Source of the DNA: a bacterium UBP13_UBA5359
Lineage (GTDB): Bacteria > UBP13 > UBA5359
DNA length: 64,000 nt
Direction of reading: 5' to 3'
Assembly: GCA_002410925.1 (NCBI GenBank)
Contig: DHPR01000033.1
Coordinates: forward strand, 142,397-206,396
A program made the translations under genes and the position numbers. The notes beneath the pieces were generated by a model. It had not been told where the DNA came from, made no database searches, and saw only the letters and a program-made list of their open reading frames with translations. Positions 1-10,024 of this stretch are shown in pieces (the first letter of the stretch is position 1; each line of letters begins with the position of its first letter).

Positions 1-844
1 CCAGATTGCATATCTCTCTACCCTGTTTTACAAAGGGTAAGAGACCGGCCAAGACGCCGGCGACAAAGGCATCGCCTGCGCCGGTGGTATCAACCACATG
101 CACCTTGAAACCGGGAATCTGCCCGCTGGCGGCAAGTGTCCTGTAGTAACTTCCGGCTGCACCCAGCGTGACCGTTACCAGCTTTACACCCATATCCAGA
201 ATAAGGCTGCATCCCTTATCCATATCATTTGTACCTGTTATAAAAGTCAGCTCCTCTGTGCTCGCTTTAACAATATCCGCACCTTCCAGAGCCGCTCTTA
301 CACCTTTCCTGGCCGTTTCTGCGTCAGGCCATAAGGAGAGCCTGATATTAGGATCATAGGATATTAGAGCACCGGCAGAAGCTGCTGCCCGGCGAGCAAC
401 AAGGGTAGCTGCGCGGTTAGGCTCGCTTATAAGTGATATAGACCCATGATGAAATATCCTGCAGTCAGCAAGATAGTCGGTATCTATATCGCTTTCGGAT
501 AAAAACATATCCGCACCAGGATCTCTATAAAAAATGAAATCTCTTTCACCATTATTCATCAGAGAGACAAAGGCCAACGCCGTATGAGCGCGTCTTTCCG
601 ATAGCATGCAGGTGGTATCCACGCCTTCATCGGATAGTGTATGACACAGGAAATCTCCAAAAGGGTCTGCTCCTACCTTTCCGATAAAGCCGACGCTCTT
701 TCCCAGCCTGGATAGAGCCACGGCAACATTGGCAGGCGCTCCGCCTGCAGCACGAAGGAATCCCGGAGCTTCTTCCAAAGAGACTCCTGATTCGGTGGAT
801 ACAAGATCTATCAGCGCTTCACCCAGCGTTACTATATCCGGCAT
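1..844 (-). CDS. pfkB-family carbohydrate kinase (fructokinase/KdgK-like); partial, C-terminus beyond window start
   Basis: Minus-strand frame MPDIVTLGEALIDLVSTESG... ends with the ribokinase-family DTTGAGDAF motif. ATG at 844..842 is preceded by a GGAGGG RBS. No stop codon before the window edge. Confidence 0.7.
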   Translation of the reverse strand, partial: MPDIVTLGEALIDLVSTESGVSLEEAPGFLRAAGGAPANVAVALSRLGKSVGFIGKVGADPFGDFLCHTLSDEGVDTTCMLSERRAHTALAFVSLMNNGERDFIFYRDPGADMFLSESDIDTDYLADCRIFHHGSISLISEPNRAATLVARRAAASAGALISYDPNIRLSLWPDAETARKGVRAALEGADIVKASTEELTFITGTNDMDKGCSLILDMGVKLVTVTLGAAGSYYRTLAASGQIPGFKVHVVDTTGAGDAFVAGVLAGLLPFVKQGREICNL

Positions 845-902
845 GTCTGTCCCTCCTCTAATAGATTTTTAGCCTCCAGGCGTTTAGTAATATTACCAAT
901 GA

Positions 903-2177
903 TTACGTTCTTCTCATTCTTCTTGCAAGCCGAGCCGCTTCGGCCGAAGCGGCGGATATACCCGCCAGATAGCCTGTTGAAAAAGCTGCTTGAAGATTGT
1001 AACCGCCGGTAGGACCGTCGATATCGATAATTTCGCCGGCAAAGAAAAGGCCCGGCAAGAGGCGCGATTCCATTGTTAAAGGATCTATCTCTCTTGTCGG
1101 TATACCACCGGCTGTCACAATAGCTTCTGCAAGAGGCCGTGCGGAAGAAATAACAAAGGATAAGTCTTTTAATTTGCTTACCAATCGGCATCTCTCTTCT
1201 ACATCTATATGGCTGATCACCTTGTTCGCATCAAGCCGGCAGAGCTCTAGAAATAGTGATACCAGCCTGGCCGGCAGAAGTGTTCTCAAATAATTCTTTA
1301 TTGTCTGCCGCCCCACCATTTCTCTGATAAGCCTCCGTTGCAGCTCCTGCTCGGGTATGGCCGGTTTAAGATCTATAGAGATCACAACATTCTTTCGTTC
1401 TGCTAACAGGGGCACCGCCAGCCGTGATAAGGTCAGAATGATAGGGCCGGAGAGTCCGTCGGAAGTAAAAACCATTTCGCCGGCTTCAGAAGCAAGGGCA
1501 TGGTCATCAGATATCACAGTGGCTCTTACGTTACGAAGGCTGATCCCCTCAAGCTTTGAGACAAAGCCTTCTTTTACAACCAGCGGAACTAATGAAGGAA
1601 GAGGCGTTGCTACGGTATGACCTGCTGATGCGGCCAGGCGGTAACCATCACCCGTCGATCCTGTTCTAGGATACGATGCTCCGCCGGTAGCCAGGATAAC
1701 TTTATCGGCCTCTATGGTGCCACCGGTTATCTTAACACCGGCCAACGCAGATTGATGTATTAACAGACCGGTACAACGGTTTCCTGTTCTGACCTCCACT
1801 CCGGCTCTTTTTACCCAGGAGAGCAGTGCTAAGAGAACGTCGGCAGCCCGGTCGGTAAAGGGAAAAAGCCTTCCTCCTCTCTCCACTTTTACCTGAACAC
1901 CATTACCTGCAAGAATTTCAATAAGATCCTCTCTAAAGAACCTGGAGAATGCTCTGTAAAGAAAACGTCCATCCGGTGCGAAGGCTTGTACAAATTCCTT
2001 TATAGAGGCAGTGTTGGAAATATTGCACCTCCCCTTGCCGGTAATAAGCAGCTTTACGCCGGGAGCTGAATTGCGCTCTATAATGCGCACAGAGGCCCCT
2101 GCTCTGGCCGCACTGCCCGCTGCCAGAAGGCCGGCGGGCCCGGCACCGACAACTACTACTTTCACAGGCGGCTTCAT
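903..2177 (-). CDS. NAD(P)/FAD-dependent oxidoreductase, HI0933/BaiN-like flavoprotein
   Basis: N-terminal VVVVGAGPAGLLAAG Rossmann motif plus the GKGRCNISN motif typical of the HI0933 family. Its ATG overlaps the upstream stop as ATGA. Confidence 0.8.
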   Translation of the reverse strand: MKPPVKVVVVGAGPAGLLAAGSAARAGASVRIIERNSAPGVKLLITGKGRCNISNTASIKEFVQAFAPDGRFLYRAFSRFFREDLIEILAGNGVQVKVERGGRLFPFTDRAADVLLALLSWVKRAGVEVRTGNRCTGLLIHQSALAGVKITGGTIEADKVILATGGASYPRTGSTGDGYRLAASAGHTVATPLPSLVPLVVKEGFVSKLEGISLRNVRATVISDDHALASEAGEMVFTSDGLSGPIILTLSRLAVPLLAERKNVVISIDLKPAIPEQELQRRLIREMVGRQTIKNYLRTLLPARLVSLFLELCRLDANKVISHIDVEERCRLVSKLKDLSFVISSARPLAEAIVTAGGIPTREIDPLTMESRLLPGLFFAGEIIDIDGPTGGYNLQAAFSTGYLAGISAASAEAARLARRMRRT

Positions 2178-2848
2178 TTGAATAGTGATGCCGGCGGTCT
2201 GGCCACAGCCTTGAGCCTCAAATATCCGTTAGATACGTTGATATTTGTTATGCTCATCGGGAAGGCAAACTTGGATAGATCCAGTATCGGATTGATACCA
2301 TCCAGCAAACGCCTGATATATCTATCATTGCCATACGCTTTGTTTGGCACCAAAACAAGAGAGTTTTCTCGATCAACAGCCAATCTGCCTATAACAGTTT
2401 GATTCTCACCGTTATGACGCACCCTGAGTGTAACCCGATTATCATTTAGATTTATCTCCAGGCCGGATAGATCTCTTTTCTCACGGCGAGCAAAAGCATT
2501 GAGAGCCGCTTGATCTATGTCCATCCGGATGTAGGATTTGCCAACGGATGATAGCTTGCGGCCGGAGATATTGTAGCTGATATCATTGATATCTATACAG
2601 ACATAATCGGCTATCAGATCTCCCGCAATATTTACTCTTTTCCCCGTTACCGTAAGCCTGTCAACCTTTCCTTGCACCAGTTTATACTGCGGAGTGCTTG
2701 CCAGTTTTACATCGTATGAAGCAGCTTTACCTACTTTCTCCTGTAGTTCCTGCTTCAGCTTGGCCTCCACTATTTTCTGGGCGTTAGCGCATCCTGCCAG
2801 CATAATGGCAATCGCAGCCAGCAGCAGCGACAGCCTTGCTCTGAACAT
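2174..2848 (-). CDS. DUF2993-like secreted lipoprotein
   Basis: Signal peptide with lipobox LAGC. No catalytic motifs recognised. Stop TGA overlaps the start of the downstream flavoprotein gene. Confidence 0.5.
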   Translation of the reverse strand: MFRARLSLLLAAIAIMLAGCANAQKIVEAKLKQELQEKVGKAASYDVKLASTPQYKLVQGKVDRLTVTGKRVNIAGDLIADYVCIDINDISYNISGRKLSSVGKSYIRMDIDQAALNAFARREKRDLSGLEINLNDNRVTLRVRHNGENQTVIGRLAVDRENSLVLVPNKAYGNDRYIRRLLDGINPILDLSKFAFPMSITNINVSNGYLRLKAVARPPASLFK

Positions 2849-2947
2849 GACGTTTCACTCCTTTGTAATCACTATCACCTTATTACAGAGATATAGTTAA
2901 ATCTTATCATAATCAGCAAGCTTTGCCTATACAAGCATAAAAAAAGA

Positions 2948-3967
2948 TCAAAGAACTATGCTTAATTTCTCTTTGCATTTCGGGCAATGACCATCTTCTG
3001 CCAGCAATACCCTCACTGCACCGGAAAGACTTCTCTCTATAGCTGTGGCTCCGCATAAAGGACAGAAAGTGTTTTGCGATAAATGTCCGGGAACATTACC
3101 TATATATACATACCGCAGGCCGCTATCCATGCCTATTTGCCTGGCCCACTCAAGTCTATCAACAGGAGTAGGTTCCAGGTATGATAGCTCACCGTAAGGG
3201 AAGAAACGGGTTACATGCCATGGTGTATCAGAGCCAAGATTCTTGGCAATCCATGTTGCCATGCTGGTAAGCTGAACTTCATCATCATTAAATGTCGGTA
3301 TAAGATTTGTCACCACTTCAATATGCGCATTCCATATTTTGGCAGCTCTGAGCGTACATTCCAGTATCGGTCCCATGTCAGGAATACGGGCTAATTTCAT
3401 ATATGCTTCATTATTGAATGCCTTTATATCAACTCTGTAAACATCCAAGAAAGGCCCGATGGCATCGATAGCCTCTGCTGTGGCATATCCATTAGTGACA
3501 TAAACAGTATACAGCCCTCTTTCTCTGGCTAATTTGGCGGAGTCAATAGTATATTCCAGCCAAATAGTAGGCTCATTATATGTCCAGGCGATGCCTCGGC
3601 AATCGTTTAAAAGAGCTATGCTCACAAGCTCTTCAGGCGTCACATCCTCCAAGGAGCTCAAATGCGGCGTAGGATCAACGCAGGCAATTTCCCAATTTTG
3701 ACAATGAATACAGCGCAAGTTACAGCCCCATGTGCCGGCCGAATAAACATATGAACTTGGATGATAATGAAAGACCGGTTTCTTCTCTATGGGATCTGCG
3801 TTCATAGAAGAAACCTTATTGTATATCAGAGAATAAATCTTACCGCCTCTATTCTCCCTGGTCCAGCAGTATCCTCTCTGGCCGTCATTTATATAACATG
3901 AACGAGCACAAACGCGACAATGTGCTCTCTTGCCATCTAAATGATCGTAAAGAATAGCCTCTTTCAT
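2948..3967 (-). CDS. PflA-like radical SAM enzyme (AmmeMemoRadiSam-system AmrS-like)
   Basis: CxxxCxxC radical SAM motif (GCNLRCIHCQNW). N-terminal CRVCARSC Cys cluster and C-terminal CPLCG...CPKC cluster resemble AmrS/PFL-activase homologues. Confidence 0.55.
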   Translation of the reverse strand: MKEAILYDHLDGKRAHCRVCARSCYINDGQRGYCWTRENRGGKIYSLIYNKVSSMNADPIEKKPVFHYHPSSYVYSAGTWGCNLRCIHCQNWEIACVDPTPHLSSLEDVTPEELVSIALLNDCRGIAWTYNEPTIWLEYTIDSAKLARERGLYTVYVTNGYATAEAIDAIGPFLDVYRVDIKAFNNEAYMKLARIPDMGPILECTLRAAKIWNAHIEVVTNLIPTFNDDEVQLTSMATWIAKNLGSDTPWHVTRFFPYGELSYLEPTPVDRLEWARQIGMDSGLRYVYIGNVPGHLSQNTFCPLCGATAIERSLSGAVRVLLAEDGHCPKCKEKLSIVL

Positions 3968-3984
3968 CTGTTTGCTCCTTTCAC

Positions 3985-4019
3985 AAAAAGGGGAATAGCT
4001 ACAGCCGATTCCCCTTTTT
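3985..4019 (-). terminator. Intrinsic terminator-like hairpin downstream of surE
   Basis: Perfect 12-bp inverted repeat AAAAAGGGGAAT/ATTCCCCTTTTT with an 11-nt loop. On the minus strand it is followed by UUUUUGUG. Confidence 0.5.
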
Positions 4020-4056
4020 GTGAAGATTTAAGCTTATGTTATCGATTTTTAGAGTA

Positions 4057-4845
4057 TCAACCTTCGGTCTGCTTGCCTAGCAAGCTGCCCATATTCCAAG
4101 CTTCAAGATTACGCAGCGTAGCATAATCTGTAAGATTCATATGGATAGGAGTTATGGAGACATAACCGTTTTCCACTGCCCAGCCATCTGTTTCCGGTGA
4201 CATATCTGCCTCCAGCAGATTGCCTCCCAGCCAAAAATAGACTCTTCCTCTGGGATCAACGCGTTTCTCCAGCCTGTCTTCATATCTACGCCGTCCCTGC
4301 GAGGTAAGTCTGATTCCCTTAATCGCTGCGATCGGTATGTTAGGAAGGTTCACGTTCAGAAAGGTTCCTATCGGCAATTGCAACCCGCCATTCAATTGCT
4401 GCGCCAGGTTTGAAGCCAAAAGAGCGGCAACAGAGAAATCTATATCGATATAGGCCGCTACGGATATGGCAAAAGCGGGCAGATCAAAGAGGGTGCCTTC
4501 CATTGCACCGGAGACAGTGCCTGAATATGTCAGATCCTCACCCAGATTAGGGCCGGCATTTATCCCGGTGACTACCAGATCCGGCCTTGATCCCATTATG
4601 CCCTGTATACCCAGCACCACGCAATCAGCCGGAGTGCCGTTGGTTTTCCAGCCTTCGACTTTTGTTCCGGGAATACGAATTTTCTCAACACGTAGAGGCT
4701 TGTGTAAAGTGATAGCATGTCCGGTGGCGCTCTTTTCTCTGTCCGGAGCAACGACATATAACTCTGCCACAGGTGACAGCGCATTAACCAGATGTTTTAA
4801 TCCATCCGAATATATGCCGTCGTCATTGGTCAATAATATGCGCAC
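4057..4845 (-). CDS. surE: 5'/3'-nucleotidase SurE
   Basis: N-terminal MRILLTNDDGI and a length typical of SurE. Confidence 0.85.
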   Translation of the reverse strand: MRILLTNDDGIYSDGLKHLVNALSPVAELYVVAPDREKSATGHAITLHKPLRVEKIRIPGTKVEGWKTNGTPADCVVLGIQGIMGSRPDLVVTGINAGPNLGEDLTYSGTVSGAMEGTLFDLPAFAISVAAYIDIDFSVAALLASNLAQQLNGGLQLPIGTFLNVNLPNIPIAAIKGIRLTSQGRRRYEDRLEKRVDPRGRVYFWLGGNLLEADMSPETDGWAVENGYVSITPIHMNLTDYATLRNLEAWNMGSLLGKQTEG

Positions 4846-4846
4846 T

Positions 4847-6426
4847 TTAGAGCTCCACCATAATGCAATCGTTTATTCCTTCAAGAGCCGCAAATTTTTG
4901 CAGAACATCATCAGTCACCTGATTATCGATGCTCAATACCATCACTGCCCTGCCCAGAGGGGCTTTGCGTCCTACCTGCATACTTGCAATATTTATACCC
5001 GCATTGCCCAGGAGGGTTCCGACTTTGCCTATGATTCCCGGTTTATCTATATGGTCGGATAGTATCATACGCCCTTCCGTCTTGACATCGACACGATAGC
5101 CGTCGATAGCTACTATATGCTCCTCACCGCTATGAAGGATATTGCCGGCTATAGATCTTATACCTTGAGGACTCTCAGCTGTCACGGAGATCAAATTATC
5201 GTAACCGCGGTCATTGCTATCACGGGTTTCTGTTATCCGCATTCCCCTGGATTCGGCGACCATAGCGGCATTCACTATATTAACGCTCTCGGGCATCGCC
5301 GACGATAATACGCCGGCAATCATAGCTCTGGTGATAGCCGTGGTAGAAAGGCTGTTTATATCTCCCGCATATGCGATATCCAGGGATGTTATACCGCCGC
5401 CGGCCAGGCCATAGAGTATTTTGCCGAGCTTTGAAGCAAAGCTTATATATGGAGCGGTAGCCTCCATGACGGCTGCATCTACGGTAGGCAGGTTGACGGC
5501 TGCCCGCACGCTTCCATCTTTGAAATAGATGGCGATCTGTTCGGCAACATCTATAGCTACATTGATCTGCGCTTCGCGGGTAGATGCGCCCAGATGAGGC
5601 GTAGCGATGATATTATTACAATCCAAAAGAGGATTATCCAATGGTGGTTCATTTACAAAGACGTCCAACGCTGCACCGGCAATTTTTCCTTCGTTTAGCG
5701 CATTACAAAGAGCACTCTCGTCAATAATTCCTCCCCTGGCACAGTTGATGATCCTTGCTCCCTCTTTCATCATGGCAAACTCTTCACTGCTGATGAGATT
5801 TAACGTATCCTTTGTTTTTGGAACGTGAATCGTTATAAAATCGCCTTCTCTGAGAACCATCTCCAGAGAAGCGATCTTTATACCCATTTTAGCCGCTTTT
5901 TCTGCGGATGCAAAGGGATCATATGCCAGTACAGACATACCGAAGGCAAGAGCTCTTTTAGCCACCTCAAAGCCTATCTTGCCCAGGCCTACAACTCCCA
6001 GGGTTTTAGCATAGACCTCTACTCCGGTAAACTTGCTTCTCTTCCATTCCCTGGAGAGTCGTAACGATTGGTCGGCCTGAGGAATATTTCTTGCCAACGA
6101 CATCATCAACGCCAGAGTGTGCTCTGCAGCCGCCATGGTATTGCCATCCGGAGAATTCACCACTACTATACCCTTGCGCGTAGCTGCAGGTATAGATATG
6201 TTGTCTACACCGACGCCGGCCCTTCCTATGATCTTCAGCTTATCGGAGGCCTCTATCACGTCCTTGGTTATCTGAGATTGGCTTCTGACTATCAGTGCAT
6301 CATAGCTCTTGATTATCTCGCAAAGAGCGGCTTCATCGTTACCGGTGTTGATATCCACCTCATGGCCGGCCTCGCGAAGAATCTGTACACCCTTCTCGGA
6401 TATGGGATCACTGACAAGTATTCTCA
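4847..6426 (-). CDS. serA: D-3-phosphoglycerate dehydrogenase with C-terminal ACT domain
   Basis: D-isomer 2-hydroxyacid dehydrogenase motifs (GxGxIG, catalytic R/E/H) and an ACT tail. Probable TTG start at 6426 is 8 nt after an AAGGAG RBS. The ORF-track start at 6505 lies inside the T-box terminator. Confidence 0.85.
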
Positions 6427-6544
6427 ATTCCTTCACTCCTTGCTTCGAAATGCAGATTTCAAGATGCAGAAGACGGAGTTGCAAGCCCCGCACTTCAGTA
6501 TTCAAGCTTTCCTGTTTGCAGATTGGCCTTTGAGCATCTGCATC

Positions 6545-6800
6545 CTATTTATAAATAAAAGCCTCTCATCCTAAGGGACGAGAGGCTTGATTCCCGCGTT
6601 GCCACCCTATTTGGCTGTTTGCACAGCCCTCTCTTAAGCGGTAACGGGCTTACCCGGCGATAGGCTTACTAACCCTGTAAGGGCTTTCATCCCTGCGGCT
6701 CCGGAGTGGATTCAAACATTGACAGTACCGGCTTCCACCACCCGTCGGCTCTCTGTAACTGCTACTGTTCTACTACTCTCCTTCAGCACCTTTAACAGGC
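6545..6800 (-). promoter_or_regulatory. T-box riboswitch leader of serA (putative Ser AGC specifier)
   Basis: Minus-strand T-box sequence AAATAGGGTGGCAACGCGGG (plus 6589-6608). Terminator hairpin GCCUCUCGUC/GAUGAGAGGC followed by UUUUAUUUAU. The Stem I region contains GUAGCAGUU, a candidate AGC specifier. Confidence 0.7.
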
Positions 6801-6802
6801 TG

Positions 6803-6831
6803 ATTTTAGCATAAGAAAAGTGTAAAAGCAA
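6803..6831 (-). promoter_or_regulatory. Sigma70-like promoter for the serA T-box leader
   Basis: Minus-strand -35 TTGCTT, 17-nt spacer, -10 TAAAAT. Confidence 0.35.
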
Positions 6832-6838
6832 GAGCACG

Positions 6839-7894
6839 TCAAAGGCTCTCGTTGCAACCGATAACAACTCCCGGATCAAGATAACGAGCAGGCCTGATAT
6901 GGGTGTAGGAACCGATAATGGCTCTGTTAAGAACGGCCCCTTCTCCGACAACTACCTTCTCCCACAGGATGCTCTCCTTAAGGGAGCTGTGACTGCCGAT
7001 TATGCTGCCGCGTCCAATAAATACGTTAGGGCCCAGATCCACTCCATCCATTATTTTGGCGCCATTCCCGATATACGCGGGGGCAATAATCCTGGCCGTA
7101 GGATTAATAACCGCATTCTCACCGATAATAATATCATTGCCCACGCCAAAGTTCAGGCCATCGATGCATATGCGCCTGGCGGCTATATCACGATGAGCCT
7201 GATAATATTTATCCGGATTGCCGATATCAAGCCAGTATGCCTCTTCAAAATAACCGTACATCGGCTGTCCGTCAGCGAGCAGATCGGGGTAGACCTTTCG
7301 CTCCAGGGAATATTCGATTTCCGGAGGAATATAATCCAATATTTCCGGTTCAAAGATATACGTACCGGCATTGATATAATGCGATGTTACAGCATCCGGT
7401 GCCGGTTTCTCGGTAAAGCGCTCTATCCTGCCACTGCTGCCGATATCTATAACGCCATAAGCTGTAGGGTCCTCCACATACGCCAGGCTTATTGTCGCTA
7501 CCGAATCTCTCTGTCTATGAAAATCAACCATTCTATCGAGATCTAAATCCGTTAAAACATCTCCGTTAAATACCATGAATCTTTCGTTAAAATGTGAAGC
7601 GGCATTCTTGACGGCGCCACCGGTTCCCAGTGGGTGCTCCTCTATAACATAATTCACCTTCATACCGAAATTATCTTCGGATTCAATATAATTTCTCAAC
7701 ATATTCGGCAGGTAGCACATGCTCATAACTACCTCCGTTATACCATAATTATGTAATCTTCGCAGCATATGGCCTATAAAGGGACGGTTAATAATTGGAA
7801 CCAATGGCTTGGGAAGAGTGTAAGTCAAAGGATATAGTCTTGTTCCTTTTCCTCCTACTAAAATCAACGCCTTCATATCATATCTCCTCGTCAT
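6839..7894 (-). CDS. Sugar-phosphate nucleotidyltransferase (mannose-1-phosphate guanylyltransferase-like) with C-terminal left-handed beta-helix
   Basis: LILVGGKGTRLYPLT nucleotidyltransferase motif followed by hexapeptide repeats. The likely start is the internal M at about 7876. Confidence 0.7.
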   Translation of the reverse strand: MTRRYDMKALILVGGKGTRLYPLTYTLPKPLVPIINRPFIGHMLRRLHNYGITEVVMSMCYLPNMLRNYIESEDNFGMKVNYVIEEHPLGTGGAVKNAASHFNERFMVFNGDVLTDLDLDRMVDFHRQRDSVATISLAYVEDPTAYGVIDIGSSGRIERFTEKPAPDAVTSHYINAGTYIFEPEILDYIPPEIEYSLERKVYPDLLADGQPMYGYFEEAYWLDIGNPDKYYQAHRDIAARRICIDGLNFGVGNDIIIGENAVINPTARIIAPAYIGNGAKIMDGVDLGPNVFIGRGSIIGSHSSLKESILWEKVVVGEGAVLNRAIIGSYTHIRPARYLDPGVVIGCNESL

Positions 7895-7997
7895 TTCTCT
7901 CTGTGGCCTTGATTACAATACCCTTATTGCTTGCTTTCTAAACATAGCAAGCGTTGGCAATATGATATAGCGCATCGCGTCATAATCTCCTTAAGGC

Positions 7998-9269
7998 TTA
8001 TCCTTGCGGTAGCAGCAATATATAGCCCTCTCCATTAACAGGCATGATACCCGGTATAGCCTGTATCAAGTCTTGCCAGGTATTGAGGCGAGCGGCCACT
8101 GCCGATAGATCCCGCTCTGCCAGGTATGAAGGGAAGATAATTACATTGCGGCTTAAGTCAGCCAGGGCCACAAAGCGCAGCGTTGTTGTTGTTGACACAC
8201 CAAGTATACTCTCCATAGCTTTATCTTTCCCTATGTGCCCAGTTTGAGGAATAAAGAGGCTCCAATTACCACTCCAAAGACCTGCATCAATCAGAACAAA
8301 GGCCTGCCTTGCGCCGGAAGCAGAGCGTAGCTCCAGAGAACGCCCGGATGAAGATATATCATCATTGTTTTTATTATCAGAATATCCAGCTCTTATAGAT
8401 GATGGCGCAACAACCCTTAAGATTATTCTATCACGTTCCACTTTGATATCGGCAAAGGGCTGTTTTACGACTGCAAAGGCGGCAACAGCCTCACTCTTCA
8501 TTGCTGATGGCGCAACCGGAGCAGCCGTCTCAGCCTTATATGGTAGAGACCTTCTTTCAGAAAGCCTGCCGTTTTCGGCTTCCGGAAGAGGAGGAGCTTT
8601 CCGAACATGTGAAGCTTTATCATTATTGTCCGGAGATTCCTTTTCCGAATTCAAGCCAAGAGCATCCTGCTGCTCTATTAAGGTTGATGAACTTACCGTA
8701 GGAGATATAGCTATATCTCCTACGGTATCCGCAGGAGAATTTTTCTCAATTTCAGGCAAAATATCATTCTCGGATTTTTCTCTTTTTGCATGTAAAGGGT
8801 TCTTTGCGGCAGCAATAATCTGCACGCGTTCATCTGTTATAGGCTTGTTTTTAGGTTGTTTTGCTTGAACGCCAATGCTATACTTCTCTTCTGAAGGCGC
8901 TTTCACATACGGCCTATCCTGTACGCCGTGCATGGTGACAAGTGCCAGCAATACCATCAATGCCCCTGCTCCAGCCAGTTCAAACGGGCGTCGTGTGGCA
9001 GTAATGCTGCGGAGCAAATTTTGCCACCGGGAATTGACTTTCTGCCGCTTTGCATCGATAAGCCCGGCATGAAGCCTGGAGGCAAATCCGGCAGGCAAAT
9101 TCACACGGCGCAACCTCTGCAAATCTCTCCTGGTAATCGATATCTTTTTCAATCGCAGGCGGCAATCTGCGCAAGCGGCCAAGTGATGCTTGAAATTCTC
9201 TTTTTCTGTCGGGAGCAGCTCATCATCTATATAAGCCGATAAAAGCTCTTCACGATAACGGCACTTCAT
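7998..9269 (-). CDS. Membrane anti-sigma factor (zf-HC2) with ~300-aa extracytoplasmic domain
   Basis: N-terminal HHLAACADC zinc-finger motif. One TM segment (LAGAGALMVLLALVTM). Its ATG overlaps the sigma-gene stop as ATGA. Confidence 0.6.
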   Translation of the reverse strand: MKCRYREELLSAYIDDELLPTEKENFKHHLAACADCRLRLKKISITRRDLQRLRRVNLPAGFASRLHAGLIDAKRQKVNSRWQNLLRSITATRRPFELAGAGALMVLLALVTMHGVQDRPYVKAPSEEKYSIGVQAKQPKNKPITDERVQIIAAAKNPLHAKREKSENDILPEIEKNSPADTVGDIAISPTVSSSTLIEQQDALGLNSEKESPDNNDKASHVRKAPPLPEAENGRLSERRSLPYKAETAAPVAPSAMKSEAVAAFAVVKQPFADIKVERDRIILRVVAPSSIRAGYSDNKNNDDISSSGRSLELRSASGARQAFVLIDAGLWSGNWSLFIPQTGHIGKDKAMESILGVSTTTTLRFVALADLSRNVIIFPSYLAERDLSAVAARLNTWQDLIQAIPGIMPVNGEGYILLLPQG

Positions 9270-9856
9270 TCTTCGGATCCCTCCGTATATTCGACGCTGC
9301 ATAAGTCCGGGAAGTTCCGCCGGATAATGTGTTGCAGAGCTGTTCTACCGCGATGGATTCGTGATTTGACCGTACCGAGGGATATCCCCAGCAGTTGCGC
9401 TATCTCTTGATAGCTGCGATCCTGAATATCCCGCATAATCAGAATGGCTCTTTGCTCGGAAGGCAGTTTCAACAGAGCATTCTGAATATCATTCTGAAGA
9501 AGATTGGTTTCTGCACACTCCGCCGGATTGCCGTTCGGATCCAAATCGCATCTATCGCCAATTATATCAAGTGGTACCGCAGATCTTCTGCTACGGCTAC
9601 GCGCCATATCAATAACCGTATTGGAGATAATACGATAAAGCCAGGTGGAAAAAGCTGATCGCCCGTCAAATTTGGCTACTGATTTATAGGCTTTTATCAT
9701 CGCTTCCTGAGCGATATCTTCAGCATCCGCATGGTTGCCGCACATACGATAAGCAATCTCATAAGCCTTCTGCATGTAAGGCGATATAAGCTCTTCAAAG
9801 GCATCGGTATCACCGGAGCGACAACGCTCTATCAACTTTTTTTCACAGTTATCCAA
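9266..9856 (-). CDS. ECF (sigma-70 family group IV) RNA polymerase sigma factor
   Basis: Region 2 (DAEDIAQEAMIKAYK) and region 4 (SYQEIAQLLGISLGTVKSRIHRGR) motifs. Proposed TTG start at 9856 with a GGGGGAAG RBS. The longer ORF-track version reads through the tRNA gene. Confidence 0.7.
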   Translation of the reverse strand: MDNCEKKLIERCRSGDTDAFEELISPYMQKAYEIAYRMCGNHADAEDIAQEAMIKAYKSVAKFDGRSAFSTWLYRIISNTVIDMARSRSRRSAVPLDIIGDRCDLDPNGNPAECAETNLLQNDIQNALLKLPSEQRAILIMRDIQDRSYQEIAQLLGISLGTVKSRIHRGRTALQHIIRRNFPDLCSVEYTEGSEE

Positions 9857-9884
9857 ATAGCTTCCCCCATAATAATATACACTG

Positions 9885-9912
9885 ATTGTAACATTTGATA
9901 ACTTTAAATCAA
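9885..9912 (-). promoter_or_regulatory. Sigma70-like promoter upstream of the ECF sigma gene
   Basis: Minus-strand TTGATT, 16-nt spacer, TACAAT. Confidence 0.35.
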
Positions 9913-10024
9913 AGGAGAAGGGCTTGAGTGATAGATAACCATCGTTATATCGTTTGTTTGTATCGATCGCGGCTTCGGAGGATGCTCGATAGAAAAGCAA
10001 AGAGAGCACGGATACTGCAAAAAT

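Noticed and set aside
832-1191. ORF 832..1191 (minus)
   Set aside because: It overlaps the pfkB start and the HI0933 gene end in another frame and has no motifs.
6068-6574. Plus-strand ORFs of 150-250 aa antisense to serA, the anti-sigma gene, ribBA and ribE (for example 6068-6574, 8365-8868, 39863-40630, 40534-41277)
   Set aside because: They lie entirely within well-supported minus-strand genes. They have low-complexity Ser/Pro/Ala-rich translations, no RBS and no recognisable motifs. They are GC-driven antisense artefacts.
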